From positions 4,080,961-4,144,960 of the forward strand of contig NC_057751.1 in NCBI RefSeq assembly GCF_004010195.1: a stretch of 64,000 bases of DNA, in the 5' to 3' direction. The stretch's first letter is position 1; every line of letters begins with the position of its first letter. The notes under the pieces are model-generated. The model saw only the letters and a list, made by a program, of their open reading frames with translations, was not told the origin of the DNA and searched no databases. Source of the stretch: Chiloscyllium plagiosum. Lineage: Eukaryota. Positions 13,737 to 26,300 of the stretch are shown here, piece by piece. The translations under genes were made by a program, and so were the position numbers.

Positions 13737-14542
13737 TGTCACTGGAATTGTGTCAAGAGACATGGTCATGACATCATAAGATGTGACCTAAGGGTAAAAA
13801 GCTATCAGACGCCATCTTAACTGGGATCACCTGAAACACTTCCATGCTGACGGAAGAATGAGTTTCTGGTTAAAATTACATTGCTATTTGCTGAAGCCTT
13901 GTGTACAAATTGCTGCGTTTCCTTCATCATAACAGTGACACCTCTTCAAAAATACTTAATTGACTATCAAACAACTTGAAACATACAAACATTCTGAAAG
14001 GTGCTAAATAAATGCAAATCTATTTCTGGAATAAAGGATGTAGAGAATCGTTGAAATGGTCACATTGAGCTAGACACAGAATGCTGCTACTTCTGAAAAA
14101 ACATTCCTGGTGGCCACTTCCAGCCTCTGCAAAGCTCCTTATATCTGTAACTTCCCCAACTATTCCACTTCTCCGTATCTTTGAAAGCTTTACAAACCCA
14201 TCCCGATATCTGTAACTTCTTCCAGCCCCTACACCTTTCCCTATCTCTGCCACCATCTCCCGTCCTGCGTTTCTCCACATCTCGGCCCGAATTTTCGTCT
14301 GTTGTATATGAATGATTTACATCATTGGTGGTCGCTTTGCTATTCTCTCACGAAGATTGGCACTCTTACCTCCTTAAAGCTATCCCTTAGAGGAAACATT
14401 TGCCCACGGATTCTAATATCTCCCCTTTGGCTCTTTATCACATTCTGTTTAATAGTATTCCCGTTTAACTACACTAAAGGCACTGTCTATAAGCAAGTTA
14501 TTGTTACACTTCCGAATCATGGAAGGCACTCTTGGATCAGGA

Positions 14543-14716
14543 ATTGCTGGAAAAACTCAGCCGGTCTGGCAAATTCTGTAGAGAGATAGAAACGGTTCAC
14601 GTTTCGCGTCCCCTCGACCCTTCCTTAGAAATGGCCTTCTGAAGAAGTCGCACTCGCAACCTTATCTCTGTTTTCTGTCCACAGATGTTGCCAGACCGGC
14701 TGAGTTTTCCAGCAAT
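14543..14716. mobile_element. Older fold-back PLE-like terminus element (separate subfamily)
   Basis: attgctggaaaaactcagccggtctggcaa ... ttgccagaccggctgagttttccagcaat. Related arms at 14820-14955, 19280-19375, 32810-33005 and 35400-35480. Confidence 0.6.
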
Positions 14717-15769
14717 ATCTCTTTGTTTCAGGTGCAAATCTTGGATAAGGACATGAGCCCAGAATTCCATCGTCTCATGTTCATTGATGTTCACAAGTCA
14801 GCCATCGAATCGGATTGAATAAAAGCAAAATATTGCGGATGCTGGAAATCTGAAGCAAACACAGTGAATGCTGGAGAAACTCAGTAGGTCTGGAAGCATT
14901 TGTGGCGAGAGAAACAGAGTTAACGTTACGCGTCCGGTATGACTTCTTTCAGAACTCAGATGCTGTTTAATCTTTCGTGTTGCCTTTTACGAAATATCTG
15001 TGTGTTTTTGAAGAAAGCACATTTATCTCCCAGTCAATGGAATTGAACGATCAAAGACACAGAGAAGTACATGTTTGGACATTGTCCTTCGTGTTCGGGA
15101 TTTCCAATGCGCTGCTCAGTTTATCACGATGAGTGTTCATGTTGAAACATCCCTTCAATGAGTATCCCATCTCAGTGGGGTTGAGATGGGTCATGTAAGT
15201 TACGCAGGAGGACGGGAAACAAAGTTGATTTTTCCAGCCAGGCATCTGCTGTTGGGGGTGGGGCGTGGCATAAAATTTGGGTCAAAGTTCTGTCAAAGTT
15301 TGACTTTGTGCCCGCAACATAAATCCAGCTTGTTCAACTCGGGCTTTATTGTTCCTCGCGATGTTCGCATCAAACGTATCTGCTTTTCATCAAAAAGGGA
15401 AATATTGTAATGTTTTCAGACGCCCGGGGAAAAGAAGACAAAACAAACCCGGTCTGGAAGCGTTCATTTTTGCTTCTCCCTGCACAGTTACTGCTGAGTT
15501 GCTCCAGTACAATATTTTCACACATTTCAAAATACAAATAGACCCTATCTTTATTTTTTTTCCGCACACATAGATAGAGCAAGTGTTCTCAAAACTGTAA
15601 TCCCGTGCACCAGTTAAATTGCCCTTTTCGGGAAGGAGTGAGCTTTGCTCCTGTTTGTACTCTGGACATGGGTGTTGGGTAAGCTGCTGTTCGCAGGAGG
15701 AGCGGCATTGGGACAAGGTGGGGGTGGGGGTCTTACTCTTCCGGTGCACTCGAATATCAGATCATGGCC

Positions 15770-15885
15770 GTGACGCTCAGCCAATCGACGTGTGGGTAAC
15801 ACCCCAAATCCTTGTGCCAGACCAGTGGGCGGGGGATGCACCAGTCTGCGCCAATCGAGATGGGAAAAGGAGGTGGGCGCAGTTT
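15770..15885 (+). promoter_or_regulatory. Probable RHOBTB2 promoter (CCAAT boxes, GC box, CRE/AP-1-like site)
   Basis: tgacgctca at 15771, CCAATCG at 15781 and 15851, gggcggggg near 15827. These lie in the main CpG-rich stretch of the window (about 15.3-16.75 kb), upstream of a good splice donor. Confidence 0.65.
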
Positions 15886-15899
15886 CTCTGAGACCTCGC

Positions 15900-16412
15900 T
15901 CTCCACTGCAGAGTCTCTGCTCTTTGTGTTTTTTTTTGTGAATGAAGTAATAACTGCAGCGTGAGCCTGTTTCGGCCGATGGGCAGGAAAACAATCTGAC
16001 TTCACGCATAGATCTGCAGCCCTTGTTGCCACCTCTCCAATTGCCACCCCCTCCCCGCAACTCCATCTTCTCTCTCCCACATTCAGGAGTCAGGCGCAGG
16101 GCGCTGTAATTTCTGCGGAAAGATGATTTCTTCAGGGATTTCGGCTTGTGGCGCGATTCTCTTGTCTTCGTTCATAGCGTGAAGTCATTCCCTTTGCGAC
16201 AATGTCGAATTATTTATTCTTAATTGATACACTATTCAAATGGATACGATGACGAAGGTGCCTGCGATTCACTGAAAAAAAAAGGCGAACCGAGAGGAAC
16301 CTACTTCCTTATTGAAGAAAGATTTTCCATTCTGCACGGTGCGTGATGAATTATGACCATTTTGCCGGACATATCTGTCTGTGTGTATAAACATATATTG
16401 ATATATTTATAG
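15900..16412 (+). other. RHOBTB2: Probable non-coding first exon (5' UTR) of RHOBTB2; start approximate
   Basis: Follows the promoter motifs and ends at AG|GTATGT (16412/16413). An in-frame TAA at 16388-16390 blocks any ORF read-through into the start-codon exon. Confidence 0.5.
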
Positions 16413-18084
16413 GTATGTATCTTTCTGCTTCTATTTTGGGAAATGTCTGTCTGTGTTCAGAGTCTATTCGCGCTCATTAGTGGCTAAATTGAGCTGGTTG
16501 TCCTGGTAACAGGATTCGGGATGTGGACTTTTCTCCGAGTGAGTGCAGACCCCAGGAGCAGCGCGCACTCGGTTTGAGGGCTGGGTCCGGCGCCGCGCTC
16601 ACTTCGGCCTGAGCTTGACCCACACAAGCACTGCATGTGGTTGAGCTTCTGGTCTCCTGTCTGAGCCGATCATGTCATGTTCGAAGTCCCCCCCCGAGTC
16701 TTCTCGGGCTGGATTATTAATCAGTCGTGCGGCAGGGATTCATAATTCCGATTCACACCTTTTTAACATAGTGTTTTCCTCCTGCAATTGAACATTTCTT
16801 GTAGGCCCCCACTTTGCAGGTGTGGAGGCAGTCGGATTTCATGCAGCTTTTTAGAAATAGATACTTCTGAATTATTTTTCAACGTATGGAAAAGAGAAAT
16901 CCAGCTTTTCTCTCTCTTCCCCCCCCCCCCCCCCCCACCGCAACATACTTTATTCATAAAATTTGTCACAATACATGACAAAACATCTCAACTTGAAAAT
17001 GACAGAATTTGCAAGAAAACTTCTCCCCTTACAGCATGTTACACTCCGTATAAGAGCACTCGTCTAACACTCCATGTCAGATATACAGCCCGGGGTGGGG
17101 GGAGGCTCAAACTGGATATTGCAGAAAGAGCAATGGGTATTTTTTTCTCAGTACATCATTTGCTTCTTTGAGGTACTTCGGCATGTTTTTGATGCTCTTG
17201 ATACACAGTGTGTCTTGTTAGGCACTCAGCCTGTGCAATTTTACAGTCTCCAGCCCCACAGTGCACGTTAGCTGAACGGTCTGAGGTAGCGACCTTTACC
17301 CGTTACAGAAAAATAAAATTTGATAATTAAGCAGTTCAGAGATCATACCTGTATATCTAGCCACATGAGAGATTAGTTCATGATGGCCTAATTCCTATAA
17401 TCTTATAATCAAAGCACCACACATATGATACTCACACCAGAGTCCCTGTGTATAGCATCTTGATAGATTTCAGTCACTTGTAACTTCAACTTTTAGACTG
17501 GAACTGCAGGTAACTGCTTTCTGGAACTGTCATACACCTCAGCTTATCTCGGTACTTCTCGTCTGGGACTAACACTAATTCTGCGCTGCAAAGTGACCTA
17601 GTTCACTATATATTCTTTCCTTCTCAGAAGCACTGGTATCCACAACCATCTGAGCTCAAGGACTTCAGGTCTGCTTAAAACTTAAGTAAAAGCTGAAACT
17701 CAAAAATATTCCTCTCGAAGTTGTGACTGTTTCCCCAAACTTAAAAAATGATCCAGAATTCTCTAACAACAGTCTGACTGGCTTCCACACTGTAAGGATT
17801 CTGTGTTTCGAAGTTTGGAAGGAATTACTGGTGTTAATAGAGAGAGAGAGAGAGATTTTCTGCTGTTGATCATATTTCGAGAGGGGTCAGGAGAGCCCTT
17901 TCTTCATTCTGAGTGGCCTCCCAGCTGCCTCAGAAGATTCAATTTGATCAGTTTAAATTTAAGGTTGAGTTTTTTTTATTCTGTTAAGCAAGGGCATTCA
18001 AAGTCAGGATACCACCATCAGTCACCACCTCATCGATAAACAGTCGGCACTTATTACCCTTCTCCTGTCCTGATTGCTATGTGG

Positions 18085-18460
18085 TGCTGCAGGGTGACCT
18101 TACAGAGGTTTATAAAATCATGAGGGGCATGGATCGGATAAATGGACAAAGTCTTTTCCCTGGGGTGGGGGAGTCCAGAACTAGAGGGCATAGGTTTAGG
18201 GTCAGAGGGGAAAGATATGAGAGATCTAAGGGGCAACTTTTTCCCACAGAGGGCACTATGTTATGGAATGAGATGCCAGAGGATGTGGTGGACGCTGGTA
18301 CAATTGCACCATTTAAGAGGCATTTGGATGGGAATAAGAATAGGAAGGGTTTGGAGGGATATGGACCGGGTGCTGGTCAGATTAGGTTGGGATATCTGGT
18401 CAGCGTGGACAAGTTGGACCGGAGGGTCTCTTTCCGTGCAGTACATCTCTATGGCTCTAT
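18085..18460 (+). mobile_element. CR1-type LINE 3' fragment
   Basis: ORF2 C-terminus LQGDLTEVYKIMRGMDR...SRTRGH followed by the CR1 3' UTR tail. Confidence 0.85.
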
Positions 18461-20922
18461 ACCTTATTGCAAAACTGGGTAAGTGTAATCAATGTCGATA
18501 AGGGTCATAATGACTTTGTTTTATTCTTCAGTGAGATTTGGATGTCACTGACCAGCATCTGTTGCCCATCCCTAAGTGTTCTTCAAGTGAATAACCTGCT
18601 TGACCATTTCAATGGGCATTTAAGCATCAGTTAGATGGCTGTGCCTTTGAAGTCATGTGCAGACCAGTCCAGGTATAGATGACAGATTTCCTTTCTCAAA
18701 GGAAATAGATAAACTTTAATTTCCAAATTTGTTAAATTAATTTACATTCAACCAACTGTTATGATGGTGTGAAACCCTCATCTAACAGCATTAGCCTCGG
18801 AACCATCGTCTCCTCCATCCTGACTTAATTCCATGCTTTATTATATCCACAGGGTATTTGTAATTGAATATCTTATTAATGTGGATTTGAACTTTGAAAG
18901 CTATGTCTAAGTGAGTAAATATTTCCATTGTAAAAATTGCAAGACCCAGACAGAAAACAAAACAGTTGACGTGATTTGGTTTCTTTATTACTGTTTGTAG
19001 ATTTTAGACATTAGTCAGAATAGTTTTAGTAAATGACTCAACACATAATTATTCACATGCTAGAGCACAAAACATCCATTGTAAAATTTACCAAATTAGT
19101 AATCCTTGCAGATTAGGTTTTGTACACCAGTTCAAATGCATAGTAACATTTGAAATGACATCATTTGACTTGCATATGAGGCACTGAAATTTCGGCTTAT
19201 GTAACCTAATTAAGCAACTACAGCTTAGATGCAGATCAGCCGTGATCTAATTGAATGATAGAATGAGCTGGGGGGGTATGAAATAAAAACAGCCATGCTG
19301 GAGAAACTCAGCAGGTTTGGCAGCATCAGTGGAGAGAGAAACAGTCAATGTTTCCAATTCAAAGATGCTTTTTCAAGGGGGTGAATGGTCTTTCCTTAGT
19401 CTCCATCCTTATAATGCTGGTGCAGATGTTTTAACCTTGCAATGGACCTTGGCTGAGCCTGGTATCAAACTTCCTGAAAGCATTGACTGTTTTATGAGGG
19501 CTAAGTTCTTTGTGAGCCTGTGTGGTGTGAGTGTGTGTGATTGTCTGTGTGTTTGATACTTGAGTGTGTGGAAGCACCCCCAACCAGAATGAACAGCATG
19601 TTATTCCACTGTATCTACAGACATTTTTATTTTGCCATCTTTTCATTTGTTCCTCAAGTTGACCAACATTGATAGAAATCATTTATTGCTGAGTATTAAG
19701 AGGCAACTGCATCTCATAGGATTTGACTTAAATGCCCGTTTGGGTAGCACGATATCTTCTCTGAAGGAGATCTTATGCATGCATTCTGCAGTGTAGTTTA
19801 CTTCTCTGATTTTATTGAGATGGTTTGTGAAAATTATTGCTTGGCAGGCTTTATTGCCATGGATTGACAGAAAATGTCCAATGTTACTGAAACAGCAACC
19901 TTGAGGTTCAGGAAATGAAATAAGTTGGATGTGAATTGTGTCTTTGTTAACCAAAGCACTTGACAGCTGTGATTTACATTTGAAATGTGGTCACCTTGGA
20001 AATTTGGCAGTCAATTTTGAGTACAGTGAGGTCTCCAACATAAAGCAATGGGATACATCACCAGCTAACTAGATTGCTGACATGAGGGATACAACTGGCC
20101 AGGATGCCAGGAGAAACTCCACTCCCCAAGCTGCTAGGGTCTTGTTAGTTTCCACCACGTACTGCTCAAGATTTGCAACAAGGAAAGAAGACTTACAAAC
20201 TTATTTAAGTTTTAACATGCACAGCATTAATTTTAGCCATTAACTGAACATACTGAGTACCCAGTTGAGGATGTAGTGCAGCAAGCAGATGAGCAAGCTT
20301 TCAGCTTTGATCCACGGTCCTTGAAATTTACAAAACAAATTCTTGCTAATCATGGAGGCAAGATTGAGTAAATTTTACGTTATTTGAAAATTGTGTTTGA
20401 TAGCTTCTGTATATGCGATTGACCACTGTATACTTGTGATGGATTAAGTCAAAAAGAAGACATTTTAGATCTGTTGTGTTTACAGGAATGGGTGCTTTTC
20501 TGGAACAGAGATCCACAATTTTGCTTGCTTCAGCCTTTGTCGTCAAGTTTCTCCTATTCTGGAACAGTCAATGGAGACTGGACAGTGATATTGACCTGAG
20601 GACCAAAGTGTCACGTCAGCTATTACCCCCCATTTTATTTGACTGTGACAATTATCTTAACCCAAATTGTGACTGGCCTGTCAAACTCGACTGTTAATTT
20701 GAGGCCATCCTGCTGACCATATCTGAACTCAGACCGCCCAGTTCCCGTATCACCCCTGTGCTCCTTAAACAGCAAGGGCACACGCGACCAAGGAGCATTT
20801 GATTTGAAAATTCCCTTGTTTCCAAATTGCTTCATGACCCAGCCTCTCCGCAAATTCCTCCAGCCCCACAACTCCTTGAGATCACTGTGTTCATGCAATC
20901 CTGGTCTCTTCAACATCTTTGT

Positions 20923-21244
20923 GGGCGGCATGGTGTCACAGTGGTTAGCACTGCTGCTTCACAGCGCCAGAGATCCTGGTTCAATTCCCGCCTCAGGCGA
21001 CTGACTGTGTGGAGTTTGCACGTTCTCCCCGTATCTGCGTGGGTTTCCTCCGGGTGCTCCGGTTTCCTCCCATAGTCCAAAGATGTGCAGGGTCAGGTGA
21101 ATTGGCCATACTAAATTGCCCGTAGTGTTAGGTAAGGGGTAAATGTAGGGGTATGGGTGGGTTTCGCTTCGGCGGGTCGGTGTGGACTTGTTGGGCCGAA
21201 GGGCCTGTTTCCACACTGTAATGTAATCTAATCTAATCTAATCT
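20923..21244 (+). mobile_element. Full-length tRNA-derived V-SINE (HE1-like)
   Basis: gggcggc head, ggttcaattccc B box, V-domain, gggccgaagggcctgtttcc tail, (taatc)n end. Confidence 0.9.
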
Positions 21245-21986
21245 CCAAGTTTAATCCTGTCAGAGGGAGCAGTCCCTTTAGCTGTTGGTGCCTGAAATTT
21301 TTAAAATTTCTTCCCGTAATCTCTCTCCTTTCAGACCCGGCTTTACATCTTTGAGGCACCTGTTAAAACCAAAAGATTTGATCAAGCTCTTTGTCATCAG
21401 ACGTTGCTCATTGTAAAAGTTAGTTTTATATTGCCACCCTGAAATGTCTTGATTTGTTTTATTGTGTGAAAGTTACTTGACAGTTATGCTTAACTTACCA
21501 TTCCAAAAATGCACAATACCCTTATTCTGAATTGGAATATTGTCAAGGGATTATTTAAAATTAAAAATGGAAAGAAGAACTGAGAGTGCTGGAAATCATA
21601 ATCCAGCAATTCCTGTTTGCATTGTTTTTTGCTCATCTAAGATAGAAGATGGGAACATAGTTCAACACCTGATCCTGAAAAAAAGCCCTGTGACAATGGA
21701 GCACTCGCATGGTACTGGATTAGATTATCATACTTGACTTGTCTATTCCCCTCCTGGATTGAGACATGAACTCATAACCATCTGACTCAGATGGGAGGGT
21801 CTGACGCATTGGACCTCAAAATTGTGAAATTGTACATAATCAATAGCTGTGATACTACTTGAGATGGCAATTAAATCGTGCTGAGCCGAGTAAGCTTGAA
21901 GTCAATCTGCTTGCCACTTCAAAAACCAAACCGTAATTGTTCGGGACTTGGTGTGCGCTGGTTTGAGATGACTGGGTGTGAAAGAG

Positions 21987-22220
21987 GAGAAAGTGAGGAC
22001 TGCAGATGCTGGAGCTCAGAGTCGGAGAGTGTGGTGCTGGAAAAGCGCAGCAGGTCAGGCAGCATCCGAGGAGCAGGAGAATCGACGTTTCGGGCATAAA
22101 CCCATTAATCTGTAATGAGCATAATTCCTGATGAAGGGCTTATGCCCGAAACATCGATTCTCCTGCTCCTCGGATGCTGCCTGACCTGCTGTGCTTTTCC
22201 AGCACCACACTCGACTCTGA
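21987..22220. mobile_element. Fold-back PLE-terminus element with 12-bp TSD and hammerhead core
   Basis: Inverted arms. TSD ggtgtgaaagag at 21975-21986 and 22221-22232. CTGATGA-A-GGGC-TTAT-GCCC-GAAA at 22128-22151. Confidence 0.85.
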
Positions 22221-22513
22221 GGTGTGAAAGAGCTGAAGTCGGACTGACAGCTGGGATTTCTGACTGACACCAAAGAGTTCTTCTTTGAAACCCACAGCTC
22301 TGAAGCAGTACTTGGCTTCTGAGCATCCATCATACAAACATTACTACTTCCCAAAAACACTTTCAGCCTGTTGTGTTTTGGTGGAAACTGGAGAGATATT
22401 TATGAACAAACTGCATTTCAAGTTGTTATCTCTTTTTAACGTCACAGATTTCTCTGAACCAATAAAATTGAATTATCCAGCACAGGTAGGAATCATGCTG
22501 TGAAATTTTAAGG

Positions 22514-22960
22514 AGTTTGGAAAAGATTTACAAGGATGTTGCTTGGGCTGGAGGGTTTGAGCTGTCGCGAGAGGCTGAATAGGTTGTGGCTATTTTCCCT
22601 GGAGCTTCGGAGGCTGAGGTTTATAAAATCATGAGGTGTAGAGCAAATGAACAAAACCCTTTCCCCAGAATTGGGGAGTCCAAAGCTAGAGGTTTAAGGT
22701 GAAAGGGAAAAGATTTGCAAGGGAACCAAGGAGCAACGTTTTTACACCAGAATGGCGAGAAAATGGAATGAGCTGCCAGCGGAGGTGGTGGAGGCTGGTA
22801 CAATTAGAACATTGGAAAGGCATCTGGATGGGTATATAAATCAGAAGGATATGGGCCAACTGCTGGCAAATGGGACTGGATTAATTTCAGATATCTGTTT
22901 GACATGGACCAGTTGGACCGAAGGGTATGTTTCCATGCTGTACATCTCTGACTCTATGAT
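22514..22960 (+). mobile_element. CR1-type LINE 3' fragment
   Basis: RFTRMLLGLEGLS.RERLNRL and WNELPAEVVEAGTI remnants plus the CR1 tail. Confidence 0.8.
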
Positions 22961-23792
22961 TATGACTATTCTTACATGCTATAACAACTATGCCAATGTC
23001 CTTGCAACATAGAAGGCATGAAATTCTGTGACTAACAATTCAACTTATTGCACTATTTGTAATGCCTTGTCTATCACAATATACACCTTACACTGTAACC
23101 ACAAGCCACATGATCTCCACTTTTTCCAGCACATGGAGCACTATTTGATATGCTTGAACAGCAGAATGCAATTCACCAATGGTGCATTGGCAAATAATCA
23201 TAATTTCTGGATTAGTTGAGAAATTCATTTCCTTTGTATAATTTGTAGGTGTATTCATTTGCTCAGGTGTCACTTTGGTTGAGGAATTGCAAGGAATGCA
23301 ATATGATTGTGCATAAAGCTGTTGCTAAAACTTTTCTGAGTTTTGCCAGCAATTGTCGTTTCACTGAGTAAAGTATTTTTATTGTCATGGAATTAGAATA
23401 GTCTTTTCTTAAAACAGACTTTGCACTAAAGTTTTACATGGTCTGTTGCTATAAGGGCAATTTATTCTTGTTGTTTTGGAGTGAAAAGGAAATAAATCGG
23501 GAATGTTGGGAGAGTGAATGGGAATCAGTGTGAAGTGCTGCAGATTAAATCGATCTGTGAAAACATATTAAATACGTTTTCACATTCAAAGTACATGCTC
23601 AACTCGTCTTCTTCATTGGCTCCGGAATAATTTAAATAAAGTCTCTCGTTCTAACTATGCATCTTCATTGAAATGCTTAATATGAGCATACAAAATAGGA
23701 GCAGATATGGACCATTTGGTCCCTTGAGCCTGTTGTCTTGAATTCACATTGCCATCTCGCCTTGATGCTTCTGCCAAGTCAGAAATTAATCA

Positions 23793-24339
23793 TGTGATGT
23801 GAACCAGGCCAGTCCCTCTGAAAACATTTCAAGAAGGAAGCCCAGACCCAAACTTTTCTCATTAGATCAAGCAGGTACGAATGGAGTTTTCAAGAGTTTA
23901 AAAAAAACAAATCATTTACAGTGTAACGAATGAAACACAAACGAAAGAGAACAGAAAACAAAATAACTTAACCAATCCCCCTGCCACCCCCCTCCCCCAA
24001 CCTCAGCAAAAAGGTAAAACCAGCCACAGGCTGTTCCAGGAGAGACAGATGGCAGAGAGATTGAGCATGGAACCTCCCTACACTGTTGCTGTTTCTTTGG
24101 ATTTCCCAGCTTACCCTGACCAGCAGCTCTGAACAGCCAGACTGCGAAAACCAAACCAAACCAGAGGAAAGCTGAGCTGGGAGAACTGGCCACTTCCTTT
24201 TCGTTGGACAAGGGGTTTTTTTTTTAAACTTCAAAACTTCTTCAAGTAGATAAACCCCGAACCTCAGAACCCATGACTTTATGACCCCGCTGAAAACGAA
24301 ATGACAACATAACCTTGTTAAAGGAGCAGCATTGTCACA
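23793..24339. mobile_element. Putative solo LTR
   Basis: Block of about 550 bp bounded by TGTGA...TCACA. A catg/catg 4-bp TSD is possible if the start is 23795. Confidence 0.35.
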
Positions 24340-24734
24340 CATGTCTGTCTTAAAAAGGCATGCCTGCTCCTGGTTGATGTGGTTGTATTTGTGGCACAGA
24401 AAATGGCCAATTGACCTAATAGATCTTTACTGGTGTTTGTGATCCTCACTGGGTCCTCCCACTTAGTTAATCTCATTCCACATCCTGATATTATTGCTGT
24501 TTCACTGCACCCATACATCACAAAACTGTTTCATTCTTAAGTCACAGCATTCTTGAGAATTAGATGGAAAATGCACACAACACTCAGCAGGTCATGCAGC
24601 ACCTCTGTCGAGAGAAACAATGTGAAGAGTTTCAGTTTGGTGATGTCAAGGGTGTAATAGTTCTTAAGCAAATCTAGAGGCAGGCACAGGGGAATACAGA
24701 GCAAAAGGGATGATATGTGGCAGGTTGGAAGGCA

Positions 24735-25598
24735 GTCATGGAGCTGTACAGCATGGAAACAGACTCTTCGGCCCAACTGATTCATACCAATCAGATATCA
24801 TCAATTAATCTTGTACCATTTGCCAGCATTTGGCCCATATCCTGCTAAATGCTTCGTCTTGATATACCCATCCAGATGTCTTTTAAATGTTGTCATTGTA
24901 CCAGCCTCCACCACTTCCTCTGGCAGTTCATTTCATTATGTGCACCACCCTCTGCGTGAAAAAGTTGCCCCTTGCATCTCTTTTAAATCTTTGCCCTCTC
25001 GCCTTAAACCTGTGCACTTTAGTTTTGGACTCCACTGCTCTGGGGAAAATGCATTGGCTATTCACCCTATCCGTGCCCCTCATGATTTTAGAAACCTCTA
25101 TAAGATCACAACTCAGCCTCCAGGTAAATCAGCTTTGGCCTATTCAGCCTCTCCCGATAGCTCAAACCCTCCAATCCTGGCAACATTCTTGTGAATCTTT
25201 TCCGAACCCTTTCAAGTTTCACAACATCTTTCCTACAGCAGGGAGACCAGAATTGAACATAGTATTCCAAAAGTGGCCTTACCAAAGTCTGTACAGCCGC
25301 AACATGACCTCCCAACTCCTATTCTCAATACACTGACCAATAAAGGAAAGCATACCAAATGCCACCTTCATTATCCTGTCTACCTGCAACTCCACTTTTG
25401 AGGAACTATTAACCTGCACTCCAAGGTGTCTTTCTTCAGCAACATTCCCCAGGAGCTTAACATTTACTGTATAAGTCCTGCCATGATTTGCCTTTCCAAA
25501 ATGCAGCACCTCACATTTATCTAAATTAAATTCCATCTGCCACTCCTTGACCCACTGACCCATCTGATGAAGATCCCGTTGTAATCTGAGGTGACCTT
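24735..25598 (-). mobile_element. CR1-type LINE ORF2 3' fragment
   Basis: LQRDLHQMGQWVKEWQMEFNLDKCEVLHFG and LVRPLLEYYVQFWSP...LERVRKRFTRMLPGL. Confidence 0.9.
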
Positions 25599-26202
25599 CC
25601 TGGTAGTCGTAGTTGTGTGTGTGTAGTAACATCAAGTCAGGAAAGGATGGTAATTGGCCAAAAAGAGAACAAAAGGTTATTTAAAGGGTCTGTAGATGAC
25701 TACAGCAGAACCATGACCTGTAATTTGAAAAATGGTAACACAGGTCTGACATTGTTACACTATTTGTCAGGTATTTCATCAAAATTTCATGTTCTGCAAC
25801 TTGAGCTTCCATTGAACCTCTGTTGCAATAATGTTGCAGGGGAAGGTCTGTGTCGGATTGGGAAAAAGATTTGAAATTTAAATATGAATCAGGCTTGGGA
25901 ATGAATCTATCTGTTCAGCACAATAAATGTGAGCAAGGGCATCCTGAAGGGGAGGAATTTGACTTTGCATGGCCCAACCATGCAGCTAGCATTGCTTGAA
26001 CACCAATGATCATCTCTGTTTCATAGTCAGCGAATTTGTAAGTGAATATTGATTGGGAGCTTTACCAGGTGATCCTTTCGATCGTGACTCGACCAATGTG
26101 TAAGACCCTAAAATGGTCTTTGATACATCTCCTCCTGATCTTTGGTCGTTGCTATCCAGCTGCTGTTAATCCCAACTTGAACATTCATGCATGTATAAAA
26201 GT

Positions 26203-26300
26203 CCTCTTGTGGCACAGTGGTAGTGTCCCCACCCATGGACCGGGAGACCCGGGTTCAAGCCCCATCTGCTCCAGAGGTGTGTAACAATATCTCTGCATGG
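26203..26300 (+). mobile_element. Short tRNA-derived SINE head (non-HE1 family)
   Basis: tggcacagtggtagtg A box and gggttcaagccc B box. Related minus-strand copies at about 10510-10582, 32250-32320 and 35932-35990. Confidence 0.55.

Noticed and set aside
20923..21000. tRNA gene-like A and B boxes (also 26203 and 60333)
   Set aside because: They continue directly into SINE bodies or tails and lack a full cloverleaf with a terminator, so they are SINE heads rather than tRNA genes.
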